From: Gracilinanus agilis
Lineage: Eukaryota
DNA: 64,000 nucleotides
Reading direction: 5' to 3'
Assembly: GCF_016433145.1 (NCBI RefSeq)
Contig: NC_058134.1
Coordinates: forward strand, 97,280,924 to 97,344,923
In this document: positions 18,401 through 29,392 of the stretch, piece after piece
Position numbering within the stretch: the stretch's first letter is position 1
Layout: each line of letters starts with the position of its first letter
The notes under the pieces: model-generated
What the model was told of the DNA's origin: nothing
Database searches by the model: none
What the model saw: the letters and a program-made list of their open reading frames with translations, nothing else
Made by a program: the position numbers and the translations under genes

Positions 18401-20735
18401 ACACACACTCACTCTAACTCCAATGTATACCCCAGTTATGTTAATCTCCTAGTGCTATAGATGGAGAAGATGCCATCTGATCTTCAGATGCTCACCATTA
18501 TCCCCCATCCCAGAGAAGACTGGGCTAGGTCCACCAGAAATCTTGTCTCCCTAAACAATATTTTTATAGCACAGTTCACAACTCTGAGCCTCATTTGACT
18601 TCCATTTAAAAAATGAAGAAAATAATACTTGCACATGCACCACCTCTGTTGTTGTTATAAGCAGAGAGCTCTATCAATGTGAATTTGTATTAATGTGTAG
18701 GTAGGAGACAAGTGAGCCCAAGCAAGAAGTGGCTTGATAGCCACTAGGATCCCTATATGGGGGGAGGGAGGGGGAGAAGCTTGGGAGCACAGTGGTTAGA
18801 GTGCCAAGCCTAGAGTCTCTGATCCCGATCTCTGAGAAACTCTAGCAACCAGGTCTGACTTTGGAGATCATTTCCTACCCTATGATCTCCCCCCCTCCCA
18901 CTCCCCAATTTTTCCATGCTTCCTTTCTCTTACCCCTAGAGACCCAGTGCTCTCAGGCTTGTGTAGACTATTATAACATGGGCATGAGAGGTGGGTAGGA
19001 ACAGAGCAGCTCAAACACTCATTTTTTTTTTTTATAGGATTAGAGGCTTCATGCACTGTAGCCCAGCATGGTGTCTTGCAAGGCATTGACATTTGCTCGC
19101 TTAATACACTTATGACTTTAGGCAAGCCATGTAACTTCTCTGAGACTTAGTTTCCTTATCTGTAAAAATGGTGATAGTACCCTTCTTACAGAGTCCTAAT
19201 GAAGAAAGCTCTGTGTGAATTTTAAAATGTTATATAAATGTGAATTATTATTATTATTATTATTTCTATAGTTGGAACTTCTATTTTTAGTTGACCCTTC
19301 CCAGGGATGTTTGCATAGTGAGAGATCACTCTCCACCCCCATCCCCCCAAAGAGGGGATGTGTAACCAGAAGGAAAAGTACCAAGATTATGATAATGAGT
19401 ATTTATTTTGACTGTTACTTCAGGTACTGTGCAGGGCAATAGAGAAGATATTTGGGAGAAGGGAAATCTTCCTAGTGTTCTCCCAAATTATACCATATAA
19501 ATGACTGCCTAACCCATAGAGTAAGAATGAAACGAAGCTGTGCCACTTAGAGCCTTGGGGAGGGGGAGGACCGGCCCTCCCCTGGGGACAATTTTCAGGG
19601 GAGTTGAGTGTAAACTAAGGTGGGAAGAGAGGGATAGGGTTGGGGCAAGGTGTGTTTCAGAATAGGTGATTATGGGAGATTGAGGTCTGGTGGAGCTACA
19701 ATTACAGTTGGGAAGGAAGGGGAGGTGACTGTCTACAAGTTGGGCAGAGAATATCAGAGAAACCATCAGGGGAAGCTTTGTCTTCTTTTCCCTAACACCT
19801 CAGCCTTGGGAAGGGCGGATCGGGTGCAAATCCTCCTCATGACCTCACCATGTCATGATGCAAATACTCTTGAGACCATCAATACTTCTTACCTTCCACC
19901 CTCCAACAGGAAGTCCCCAGGTAGAGGTGAGCTTCCCTAAGATTTGAGTAGGGCTACTGGAGAGCCCAGATATGGATGCCACAAGAGCTAGGCAAGGGGC
20001 CACTTGGGTGAGGCTATTTGGGATGGGAGGTTAAGGTGGGAGACAGGGACTGGGATCCTCAGGGTGGCTCGGAGGGTCTCAGGTGGGTGTCAGATGTTTC
20101 CCTGGTCTAGGTTGGGGCCTGAACTGGGTCTGGGCCAGGAATGAACTAAGAAGGGGATCTGCAAAGAGAAAATCAGGGTCACTGCTCACCATAGTGAAGT
20201 TGTCTGGGCCACAATGCTGTCCTCGGTAGCTACAGTCCAGCAACATGTCATGAATGGTGTGGCCAGCCCGGTCATAGAGTTCAGCCAGGTCATAAGTAGC
20301 ACTGGGCATGAAGCCAGGGGGAGCAGGGGGATGACCCAAGGCCTTCAGATAGCCAACATGATCTCTAGGCTCAAGGCCCAGCAGGGCAGGGCCGGCCCAG
20401 TGCAGGTCATTGGGTGTAATCCGGGAGCGTCGAAGTGGGTTGAGGTTGCATAGGGTGACGGCGGGGAATTGAAGGTTGGTGCTCTCCCGTTCATCCAGCA
20501 CCGTCACATGTTGGAATTGTCCATAATACTGAATCCGGTCTGCCACTTGGTAGAGGAAGATTGTCAGAGAGAGCAGCACCGCCCCTGCCCAGAGCCCCCT
20601 GCGCAGGGTCAGGCCGCCTGGCCCAAAGACATGGCCCAGCCCATGCAAGGTACAGTTGCTGGCAAACACACAGATATCGGAAGCTTGTCGCCTTCTCTCT
20701 AGGTCCTCCTCGTGTGGGCCTGGGAGGGGCTTCAT
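13722..20735 (-). CDS. ASIC3: Acid-sensing ion channel 3, complete, 11 exons, 537 aa
   Basis: Exons (5' to 3') 20735-20190, 18234-18084, 17165-17038, 16727-16526, 16368-16312, 16095-15945, 15275-15184, 15000-14921, 14797-14729, 14070-14012, 13800-13722 (1614 nt). Has the pre-TM1 HG motif, FPAVTLCN, the [14 protein letters not shown] pore/filter and a C-terminal PDZ motif TCYLVTRL*. Confidence 0.98.
15500..16370. promoter_or_regulatory. Intragenic CpG-rich region over ASIC3 exons 5-6 and intron 6
   Basis: CpG density is clearly above the flanks. GGGGCGGGAAGTGACTCACG at 15926-15945. Confidence 0.55.
17425..17603 (-). mobile_element. Marsupial SINE with long poly(A) tail (T29 on +) in ASIC3 intron 2
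   Basis: T-run at 17425-17453, then a reverse SINE body ending at the head ggggcatctaggtgactcagtgg (minus strand). Confidence 0.8.
18331..18408. repeat. Compound (TC)18(AC)~21 microsatellite in ASIC3 intron 1
   Basis: Direct reading of the sequence. Confidence 0.97.
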
Positions 20736-23003
20736 GGTTGGGCCCAGGATCAGGCACCAAAGGGGGAAGAGAACTCTGAGAGGGGGGTTGTGGAGGACAG
20801 GGAGCAAAAAGGAGGGAGGAGAGGGACTGGGGAAGAGAGGAGTGCCCAGGAAAGGAAAAGGTGGAGGAGAGGAGAGACTGGCCGGGAATCCGACAGGAAA
20901 GAAAAATATCAGAGAGAGGGGAGTCCGGAGGGAAGGAGGGAAAGGAGATCAGCTCAAGATGCCATGAGAAGTAGGCTGGGGGTTTGAGCCAGAGGCTCTG
21001 TGGAGGCCAGCTAGGGTCTGCTTGGGGCTCCAGGAATCAGGCTACTGGCTGACTGTGGCTCGAGGCTGGGTCCGGTCTGATGCTGAAGCTGATGCTGATG
21101 TAAGGATGGAGCTGATTGTGGGAGGGCTGGGGCTGCTCTGCAGGCCTGCTGGGCTGGGAGGTGCTAGCCGCAGAGGATTGGGTTTCACCATCAAGGGGGG
21201 TTGAGGGAGGCCCAGATAAGGGCAGCTTGGGGAAGGCAGGGAAGGTCCCTGGGGCCACAGACAGCCATTAGTGGGGTATGGAGGGGGAAAGTAAGAGGAG
21301 GGATGACTGTTAGAGACCAGAGGCGCCAACAAGAAACCACAAGAGGCCAGGGAGGGTAGAGTGAGGGGAACTCCAAGCCAAAGTGGAAGGAGGCGGGTGA
21401 GGACCTCTGGGACAATTCCTGCCTGGTACTCAGCCACTCACAAAATGTAGGGGAGACCTTTGGGCCACACAGGGTCCCCTAATCCTCAAGAGTTTCCCTT
21501 CTCCGGCACACCCCTTCTCTAGTTCTTTTTTCCTCAAATCCCAGAAACACTTTTTCTATCCCAAGGAACAGAGAGAGATACTGGCCAGTTTAGGAAGAGG
21601 TCAAAAGCAACACTGCCCACCTGGTCCAGGACTTCCTTGGCCTAATCTCCATTGCCTCCTCACCCCAAATCCTTGAGCTAAATTCACCTGTTTGCCACCC
21701 CCTCATATTCCTCTGCTAGGTGACAGCAAGCTGACCTGAGACACTCCCTGGCATTAATAGAAATACGAGGAAAGGTAACCCTTCCCAGGGAAGTTGCCTA
21801 CATTTCCAAGAGACCCTCCTGATGCTTTCATCCAAAGAATGCCTCATTAACAGTGGGAATTTTAGGCCCTTCGGAAGGTGGTGATAGTGGTGGTGGTAGA
21901 GATTTGGGTTAGGGTGAGGAGGTCTTTGCATCTTTCTGGATCATATGTTGTCAGTGACATGATGTTTTACTCGGAGCAGAATGGGATGTCTGTGATAAAA
22001 GATAGGGATTTGGGCAACTGGAGCAAGGTCAATTTGAAGGGCAGGGTAAGAAGGGAAATGGGGGAGGGCTTGGAAAAAGAGGCACGTGATGATGGCAGGA
22101 ACTTAACAAGCTGGGGTGCACTGGGCTCAGCACCAGTCTTGGTGATCACAAACTAGCTAGTATGAATTCACCTTCCCTAATGACTTATTTTGAGACCTGC
22201 CAGATAACCTATCTGCCACCATCTACCTAGGTGACCTTGGCCATGTAATTTCTCTTCTTGTTGCTTTGATTTCTGAGGTGGATGATGAGCTCTAATCCAT
22301 AGATTAGGTTCTTCCTTAGAAGGATCCTTCTAGCTTTACATCCTTTGATTTAAAGGTAACCTATTATGAGAGACAATGTAGGACTTAGAGTCAGAAAAAT
22401 CTGGATTCAGATTCTGCCTCAACTATTTCCTAGCTATGTGACCTTATGTGGGCAAATCATTTAATCTCCCTTGCCTCTGTTTCCTTATCTTTAAAATGAG
22501 GTTGGAGTTTGGAGGACCTGGGATCAAATTTGGCCTCAGATATTTCCTGTTCATGTGATCCTGATCAAATCACTTAACCTCAGTTGCCTAGCCTTTGTTG
22601 CCCTTCTGTCTTAGAATCGATACAAAGACAGAAGGTAAGAGTTAAAAAAAAAATGAGGTTGGAATTCCCTTTCAGCTGTAAAATCTATGATTCTATAATC
22701 CTCTACTGAGGCCTCTGACAAAGTTGGGAAGAATACAAGGACTGCTCTGGGTACTTGGGTAGTGGGGCTCTCAAAAATGAATGAATGAATGAGTGAGTGA
22801 GTGAATGAATAAAAAAAAAACACATTTGAGCACTCGGTATGTGCACAATACTGTGCTAAACCCTGGTGATGCACATAGGAAAATAAGAAGCTTATAAAGT
22901 GCTCATATTCCAAAAGGGAAAAACAATACACATAGGAGGTTTCATTCAGCTGCAGGTCTGATGGAAAGGCCTTGTGGTCCTTAGGGTGCTTCAGCAAAGC
23001 ATT

Positions 23004-23225
23004 CATCTTCTTTAGTGTGATTTCCATTGATAAAACCATATCCGCCTCTGATATCGAGCCATTTAAGAGTGCCAAGGATTTTGGTGGTGAGGCCTTTCTG
23101 GGTCTCAGTAGCTGTGACTGCTGAGGAGGCAAGGACTGTAGCATCTGCAAAGCAGTGGATGCCAGGTGCCATCTCCCCCAGGACTGATCCCCTGGACAAG
23201 GGATGGCTGCAGGGGTCAGGCTAGA
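23004..23225 (-). pseudogene. Processed Y-box (YBX3-like) cold-shock-domain retrocopy fragment
   Basis: Minus strand encodes [32 protein letters not shown] versus Y-box [32 protein letters not shown]. It is contiguous across the exon1/2 and exon2/3 junctions of YBX genes. The nucleotide stretch ccaccaaa-tccttggcact best fits YBX3 from memory. Confidence 0.8.
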
Positions 23226-23719
23226 AGCAGGGCAGGTGGTCTGAGTGGTACTGCTATCCTACATTTTCCTGAATCTCTTTCTGGGCTGTCTCTCCAGATC
23301 AGACCTAGATTGTAAGGACTGGGATAAACCAGTGGATGAAGCTAGGTGGGGATGGGAGGGATGGTGAGGGAAAGCTGCAGGTCTGGAGGCTTGAAGAGAT
23401 GAGACTTTCTAAGAAGGAGTCTGGGACATATTCTGAAAACATATCACATGCTGAGGAGAGGGAAAAGCACTGGAAAAAAAGGGATCTCTATCTAGTGGTA
23501 TAGTTGGAGAATGCTCGATTTGGAATTAGAAAGGTCTGGATTGAAATCCCATTTCTGACACCTTAGCTGGTTCACCTTGGGCAAGTCATTTAGTTCCTCA
23601 GAGTCAGAGTTTCTTGAGAATAGACCAGCCTATTAATTAGTCCTCCATCTGGAGATGTGGGAAAATTGGGATACTAATGCACTGTTAGTGGAGTTGTGAA
23701 TTAATCCAACCATTCAGGA

Positions 23720-24560
23720 CAGCAATAAATGTGCCCCAAAGACTAGAAAACTCTGTATGCCACTTGGCCCAATAATCCTACATCTGTATCCCATAGAGAT
23801 TTAAAGAAAGAAAAGGGGGAAAGTACCTATTTGTACAGAAATATTTATAGCAGCTCTTTTTTATGGTGGCATGGAACTAGAAATGGAGGGGATGCCCATC
23901 AGTTAGGGAATGACTGAGTAAATTGTGTAAATGATTGTAATGGAATACTATTGTGCTATATGAAATGATAAGCAGGAGGATTTCAGAAAAATCTGGGAAG
24001 ACTTACATGAACTGATGCAAAGTGAAGTGAGTAGAACCAGAAGAATATTATACATATCAACAATAATAATGTATGAACAATTATGAAGGATTTAGCTATT
24101 TTCAGCAATATAATGATCCAAGACAATCCCAAAGGTCTTATGATGAAAAAAGCTATCCACTTCCATCCAAATAACTGATAGAGTCTATATACAGTTTGAA
24201 GCAGAACAATGTTCACTTTATTTTCTTCATGGTTTAAAAAAAGTCTTCTTCCCTAAAATGCTGAATATGAAAATATTATTTTTTCCCTTTTATTTATTTT
24301 AAACCCTTACCTTCTGTCTTTTTAAAAAAAATTTTAAATTTAGAATATTTTCCCATGGTTACATGATTCATGTTCTTTGAAAATATTCTTTGTATTATAT
24401 TTTATATGCTAATTTATATGAATTTTGTATGATAGTACATGTATAATCAACAGCAAATTGCTTATCATCTCAGGGAGGGGGGAGGAGGCAGGGAGGGTTA
24501 AAACATGGAACTCAAAATATTAGAAAATGATTGCCAAAAATTGTTTGTGAGGAAAAAATG
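23720..24560 (+). mobile_element. LINE-1 3' ORF2/3'UTR fragments (marsupial L1)
   Basis: aaatatttatagcagctctttt...gatgcccatcag...atggaatactattgtgct...gaagacttacatgaactgatgcaaagtgaagtgagtagaacc; typical marsupial L1 3' end. Confidence 0.85.
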
Positions 24561-24697
24561 CATTACTGAACATAAAAAAAAATTCTCCTCTCACCAGACC
24601 GCTGAAATTTCCCAATCTTTCCGACTCGATACAAAAGTCCCATTTCTCCAAAATAACCTTCTCTGGTTGACAGCCCTCCCATTCACCTCCACTAGCA

Positions 24698-24728
<31 letters not shown>

Positions 24729-24779
24729 CACACACAAACACACACTCCTGATCCTCCAAGTGTGGCAGGCCCTACCAAG

Positions 24780-24930
24780 AATGAGATACAGATTTTGTTC
24801 ATTTTCTAGTTTTCTAATTTGTATGCCCAATTCATTAATCTCTGCCCTCCCTAATTTGTTAATATATGCAGTCAGTGATATAAATTTCCCCCTCAGAACT
24901 GCTTTGGCTGCATGAGATATGGATTTTGGA
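24780..24930 (-). mobile_element. LINE-1 ORF2 fragment
   Basis: AAKAVLRGKFISLTAYINK...INELGIQIRKLENEQ matches the L1 ORF2p segment after the endonuclease domain. Confidence 0.85.
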
Positions 24931-26599
24931 GACAAGTCTTAGAGACAGAAAGGGGTAGGGCCTACTGGAACAGAGGCAGGTTCTCTTATGGGGAAGGGGC
25001 TGATATATTTTCTTTGCATCTTTAGAATGCTTTTTCTTACAAATAGCAAGTCTTGAATCTACCCACGTGAGCTTGGTAGCCTGAGAAATCAAAGCCAATT
25101 CACAGTAATTTTCAAACCCACCAATGCAACCACTAACTGTCTCTATTTCTTGTGCAAGATTTTCTCTAAGGAACTTTCACATTTGTTAGGGGATTGTTTC
25201 ATTTTTGCTCTTGTAGTACCAGTACTACAAAGGGGGTTTAATAAAGGCTTGTCGTTTGATTTTCATAACAATTCTGTGAGGAAGAGGATTGCTAACCCCA
25301 TTTAACAGACAGGAAAAACAAGGCTTAGAGAGGCTCAGTGATTTGCCAAAAGCAAATTAGTGGCAGGGTCAAGGTAGCTTTATCCATTGGTTCATATTGA
25401 TTTCACTGATGAAATGGAGTAGGAAGCAGGACTTTGGAACAAGTCCAACCTAATTAAATCTATTATCCATACTGGAGGATGCAACAAGAGTCCAAGAAGC
25501 AAGCCAGTGTCAGAATACACTTATGGACTGCTGGGAAACATCCAGCTCATAGCTCATAGATTGAAACCTCATTGCTGGAGCTGGTAATCTAGGAGCTGCC
25601 GATTGCTGACAGCTGCATTTTTGGAGCTAGGAGGGCGATAAGGGAGGAGACTCAAAGGGGGAGGAAGAGACTCAAAAACAAAGGAGATAAGAAAACAACT
25701 CGGGCTAGTTTGCTGAATAGGTTTCACAGATTTCTAGATTCTATGAACTAGAAGGGGACCTTCTGGCCCAATCTCTCCCTTTTATAGATGAGAAAACTAA
25801 CATTTAGAGGAAGTGACTTGCCAAGAGGTAAACGGGGGTATTGTGCTGGATGTGGAGACACCAGCTGGGTAATCCCAGACAAATATATCTAACTGCTCTG
25901 AAACTCAGTTGCTTATTTCAGATAAATGCTTTGCAGTGTTTAAAGTGTTATACAAATATCAGTTACTGTTGCCCCATCACAATGCCACTCGGGCAGATCT
26001 GCAGCTTGAAGAAGGGTTTCTGGATTCCTAATCTAGTGCTTTCCTACACTGCGTAATGTCTCACGTACCATTAAGACTACAGGAAGTCTAAGATATCTGG
26101 GGACACACTTTGGTTTCAAAAAGAAAAGTCAAAAAATCTTGTGGTAGCCCAGTCCAAAGATATCTCTGGATTCTGCTGCTCATGTAGTGTGGAACCCTGA
26201 GCATCAGTGAGAAGACAACGATCCAAATGATTAAGGCTGTTGAGACTGCTGGAATCAGGGCAGCTTTGGGACCAAAATGGTTTCTGACTGGGTAAAGGAA
26301 GCACTAATTATGGTCACCCTTTAATTTGCGGGTGTCTTATACATTACCCCTTTGTAATGTCTCTTGCAGCCCTTCCTCTTTTGTCACCTTATTTTGTCCC
26401 CCCATCCCATCCGCAGGATAGCTAGTATAACGGTCACTGAATCTGAGTGATTTAATGACTCAGGCCAGATTTCTCAGAGATGCCCCAGCCTAGGTAGGAT
26501 GCTCGATGGGCCTTTGGCAGGTATTACTTCTAGTGATGTAGATGGTAACCTGCCATTACTTCCATCTGTCATGGGCTGAGGGTCCATTCAATGTGCTAA

Positions 26600-26830
26600 A
26601 TATTTTCTTCTTGTTCTCCCGATGGAGCTAGCCAGTAGGGCACGGAGGTTGTTTGCCTTTCTGGTAACATCTGTACACCGCTTCTCTCATTTAGTCTGGG
26701 GCGGGTAAGGTGTTGTAGCCTACAAAGAGTATTTTTAAATGGGCCCTTTGTTTCAAGAAGAGTCTTGAGGTCATTAAAAGCACTCCACGACTTCCCTAGG
26801 ACAGCCCAGTTTACTCTGTTCCTGCTCACT
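26600..26830 (-). mobile_element. RTE-clade LINE 3' ORF fragment
   Basis: RNRVNWAVLGKSWSAFNDLKTLLETK resembles the RTE C-terminal region (RRKRAGWIAFGKL-SAFNDPKL-ETK). Confidence 0.65.
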
Positions 26831-27099
26831 TCTAGACCCAGCTCTATCGTCTAGGTGGTCTGAGGGAGGGAGGTCTTCACGAACCAGTTCTACGAGTTGT
26901 GCATGCAGCTTGGTATCATGTGCTTTGGAAAATGCAAATACTTAACAATGAACTCATTTGAGCAATCATGAAGTTCATTTAAGAGGCTCTATAACTAATG
27001 TATTGATTAGCTTTCCTGATTATCTTTCCTCTTATTAAAAAAATTGCAAGTGATGTAAAACATGTCTATGAAATACATGTATACATGCACATATATTTA

Positions 27100-27285
27100 T
27101 TTTAAACTCTTAGCTTCTTAGAAGCAATATCAAATATTGATTCCAAAACAGAAGAGAGGTAAAGGCTAGGCAACTGGGGTTAAATAACTTGCCCAGGATC
27201 ACATAGCTAGGAAGTGTCTGAAGTCAGTTTTGAAGCCAGGACTTCCAGGCCCAACTCTCAATCCACCGAGCCAGATAGCTCTAAG
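27100..27285 (-). mobile_element. Marsupial SINE
   Basis: aaggctaggcaactggggttaaataacttgcccaggatcacatagctaggaagtgtctgaagtcag...tcaatccaccgagccagatagct. Confidence 0.8.
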
Positions 27286-28735
27286 AATTTACTGAACAAG
27301 AGTACAGAATCATGTGACACAATTGAAAACTCATTACAAAAGCCTAGCAGATTGGCCAGCTCTTAGGGCACAAAGGTCTAAATGGCTTAGTCACTAAGGC
27401 CAAGTTGTCAGTAGCAAATCAGCCCAATCTTTATAGATGGGTAAGGAAGAAAAGGGTTATTGGTTTTTAACCTTGCTCACCCACACCCAGATAATAGCCA
27501 TAATTACATCATCTCCCTACTTGGAAGGAGACAGTATTGCTTGGGGACTGGCCAATTCTTCCATGTGTTTCAATGCTCAATGATCAGTAAAGGGCACCTG
27601 GATGCTAAGGGGAGATTTCAGATGAGATGATGTTTGTTGGTCTCTGGAGTAACCCAATAAACATGGATTGGATGTGGGAATCATAGATGTGTGTGGGATT
27701 GGGAACAGACTATCACTCAAACTTTAATTCCTACTACTCCCATATATAAACTCTTCTGGCTGGACTGATCTCCGTGTTCCTAATGCTTCCACACAATCCC
27801 CCTAAACCTCTTTATCTGCATTCCACTGGATTAAACATTCCATTTTCTCCATTTGTACTTCCTGGAGCACTCCAGGCCTGAGACATCCTTTCTTCCTCTT
27901 CTGAACTCCTATGGCCCCCATTCAAGACTGATCATGCATAGGCTTGCACTTAGTTGTTCTTTCTTCTCAAAATAAGTCCCTTGACAGTAGCAATAGGCAT
28001 TCTCTCATTCTTTTGTAAGGTCTAGAGTTATCAGCACAGCTTCTGATATTAAATAAGTATTCAATAATTGCCGATGAACGAGACCCTTGTGGGAGGGGAG
28101 ACAATATAAAGCTGGAGTGAAGAGGGTGAAGGGATCCCCAAGCAGACTTTTAGGATGTCTGGGGGCTGAGAGTAGCTGCAGGTGACATTGGTCAATAAAA
28201 AAGGGCACAAGCTTTCGGAGTCTGGACTGTTAAAGGGTGAATGAATATGAGAGGTGGGAATGGTTTTAAGGAAGAAAAATTATACTGGTTCTAACAGCCA
28301 AAGTGTGTGCTGATCTCCTGGGACTTTCTGAGGAGTCTTCAGGGATAGTCTCTAGGAGGCTCGGATTGGGGCAACAGAGGAAGCTCCTGTACAAAATGGC
28401 TTGTGCAAAGGACTGCCCTCCAACAAGTCAAAGTTATTTGAATGGAGGGGATGAGTGGGGGAGCATGTGAGGTGGTGACCAGGGATCAGGGGAAAATTAT
28501 AAGGTTAGATCTTTTCTTTCTTCTCTGACAACAAGGGCTTGTTCAAGTTAGATCCTGGAGCAATTCTGTGGGACTTATGAAAAGAATGCTATCCACATCT
28601 GGAGAAAGAACTGTGGGAGTAGAAATCCAGAAAAAAAACGTGATTGCTTGTTTATAAGGGTGTGTGATTTAGGTTTTTGGTTTTAAAGGATTGCTCTTTT
28701 ACAAAAAAAGAATAATATGGAAATGGGTTTGAGTG

Positions 28736-28736
<1 letters not shown>

Positions 28737-28774
<38 letters not shown>

Positions 28775-28935
28775 ACCCAGTGGAATTGTTTGTCTACTCT
28801 GGGAGGGGGAAGGGATGAGGGGAAGGAGAAAACTTGAATCATGTAACCATGGGGAAAAGAAAGATAAATCCTGGAGGAGGGAAAGATGGGAGGAAGGAGA
28901 ACTAATGTAACAATACATTTCTACTATTTCTAGAA
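28737..28935 (+). mobile_element. (TG)n followed by an L1 3' terminal fragment
   Basis: TG run 28737-28770, then ataacccagtggaattg...gaatcatgtaaccatgg, also seen at about 30690-30850 and 56700-56880. Confidence 0.7.
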
Positions 28936-29212
28936 ATTCCCCAGGGTCTGAGGCATGGGCATTTGAACTTAGAAAACCAGCAAGATGCTCACCAAAGTAG
29001 CTGAGACTTGAGGAAAAGGAACTAGGTGGGAGAACAGGGAGGACAGAAGGTAGTAAGAGGGAAGAAAGGGAGGGATAATGGGGGCCACGACTCAATCTCA
29101 TCCCAATAATACTACTGTAGTTTTGATAGGGGAAAAGGGAAGATGCCTGGCTGGGAAGAAGGAAGCTAGGCCCTAGCTCCCTTCCATCCCTCCAGCTGGC
29201 TCTAGCCCAGGG

Positions 29213-29218
29213 TTTATT
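29213..29218 (-). terminator. ABCB8: ABCB8 poly(A) signal AATAAA
   Basis: TTTATT on + about 175 nt past the stop codon. Confidence 0.7.
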
Positions 29219-29392
29219 TTGAGTATAGCCATAACAGCAGCAGCATCCCGTACTCCCTTTGCCCCTGCTGATAGTCTCCTTTTCCTATCAACCCCTTTCT
29301 GGGGCTTAGTCACTGCTCTGAACTCTGCTCTGAGTTCTGGGACCATGGGGGTGTTCAGGCCCTGGGCTGGCCAGACACCACAAGGCCAATTT

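Noticed and set aside
17971-18460. ORFs with CVCVCV / ERERER / HTHTHT stretches (also near 24520, 28652, 32798-33063 and 62713-63159)
   Set aside because: These are translations of microsatellites; only the embedded true exons (ASIC3 exon 2, NOS3) are real.
20736-20807. 24-codon in-frame extension upstream of the ASIC3 ATG
   Set aside because: It starts at a non-ATG codon. The ATG at 20735 matches the orthologous MKP start and has good context (accATG).
22611-23000. 179-aa ORF overlapping the YBX-like fragment in another frame
   Set aside because: It runs through L2/SINE remnants and a GAAT repeat; no coherent protein similarity.
26090-26600. Non-repetitive-looking sequence with a 62-aa ORF beside the RTE fragment
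   Set aside because: No recognisable protein or RNA motif in any frame I could read; probably old LINE sequence. A repeat search would be needed to settle it.
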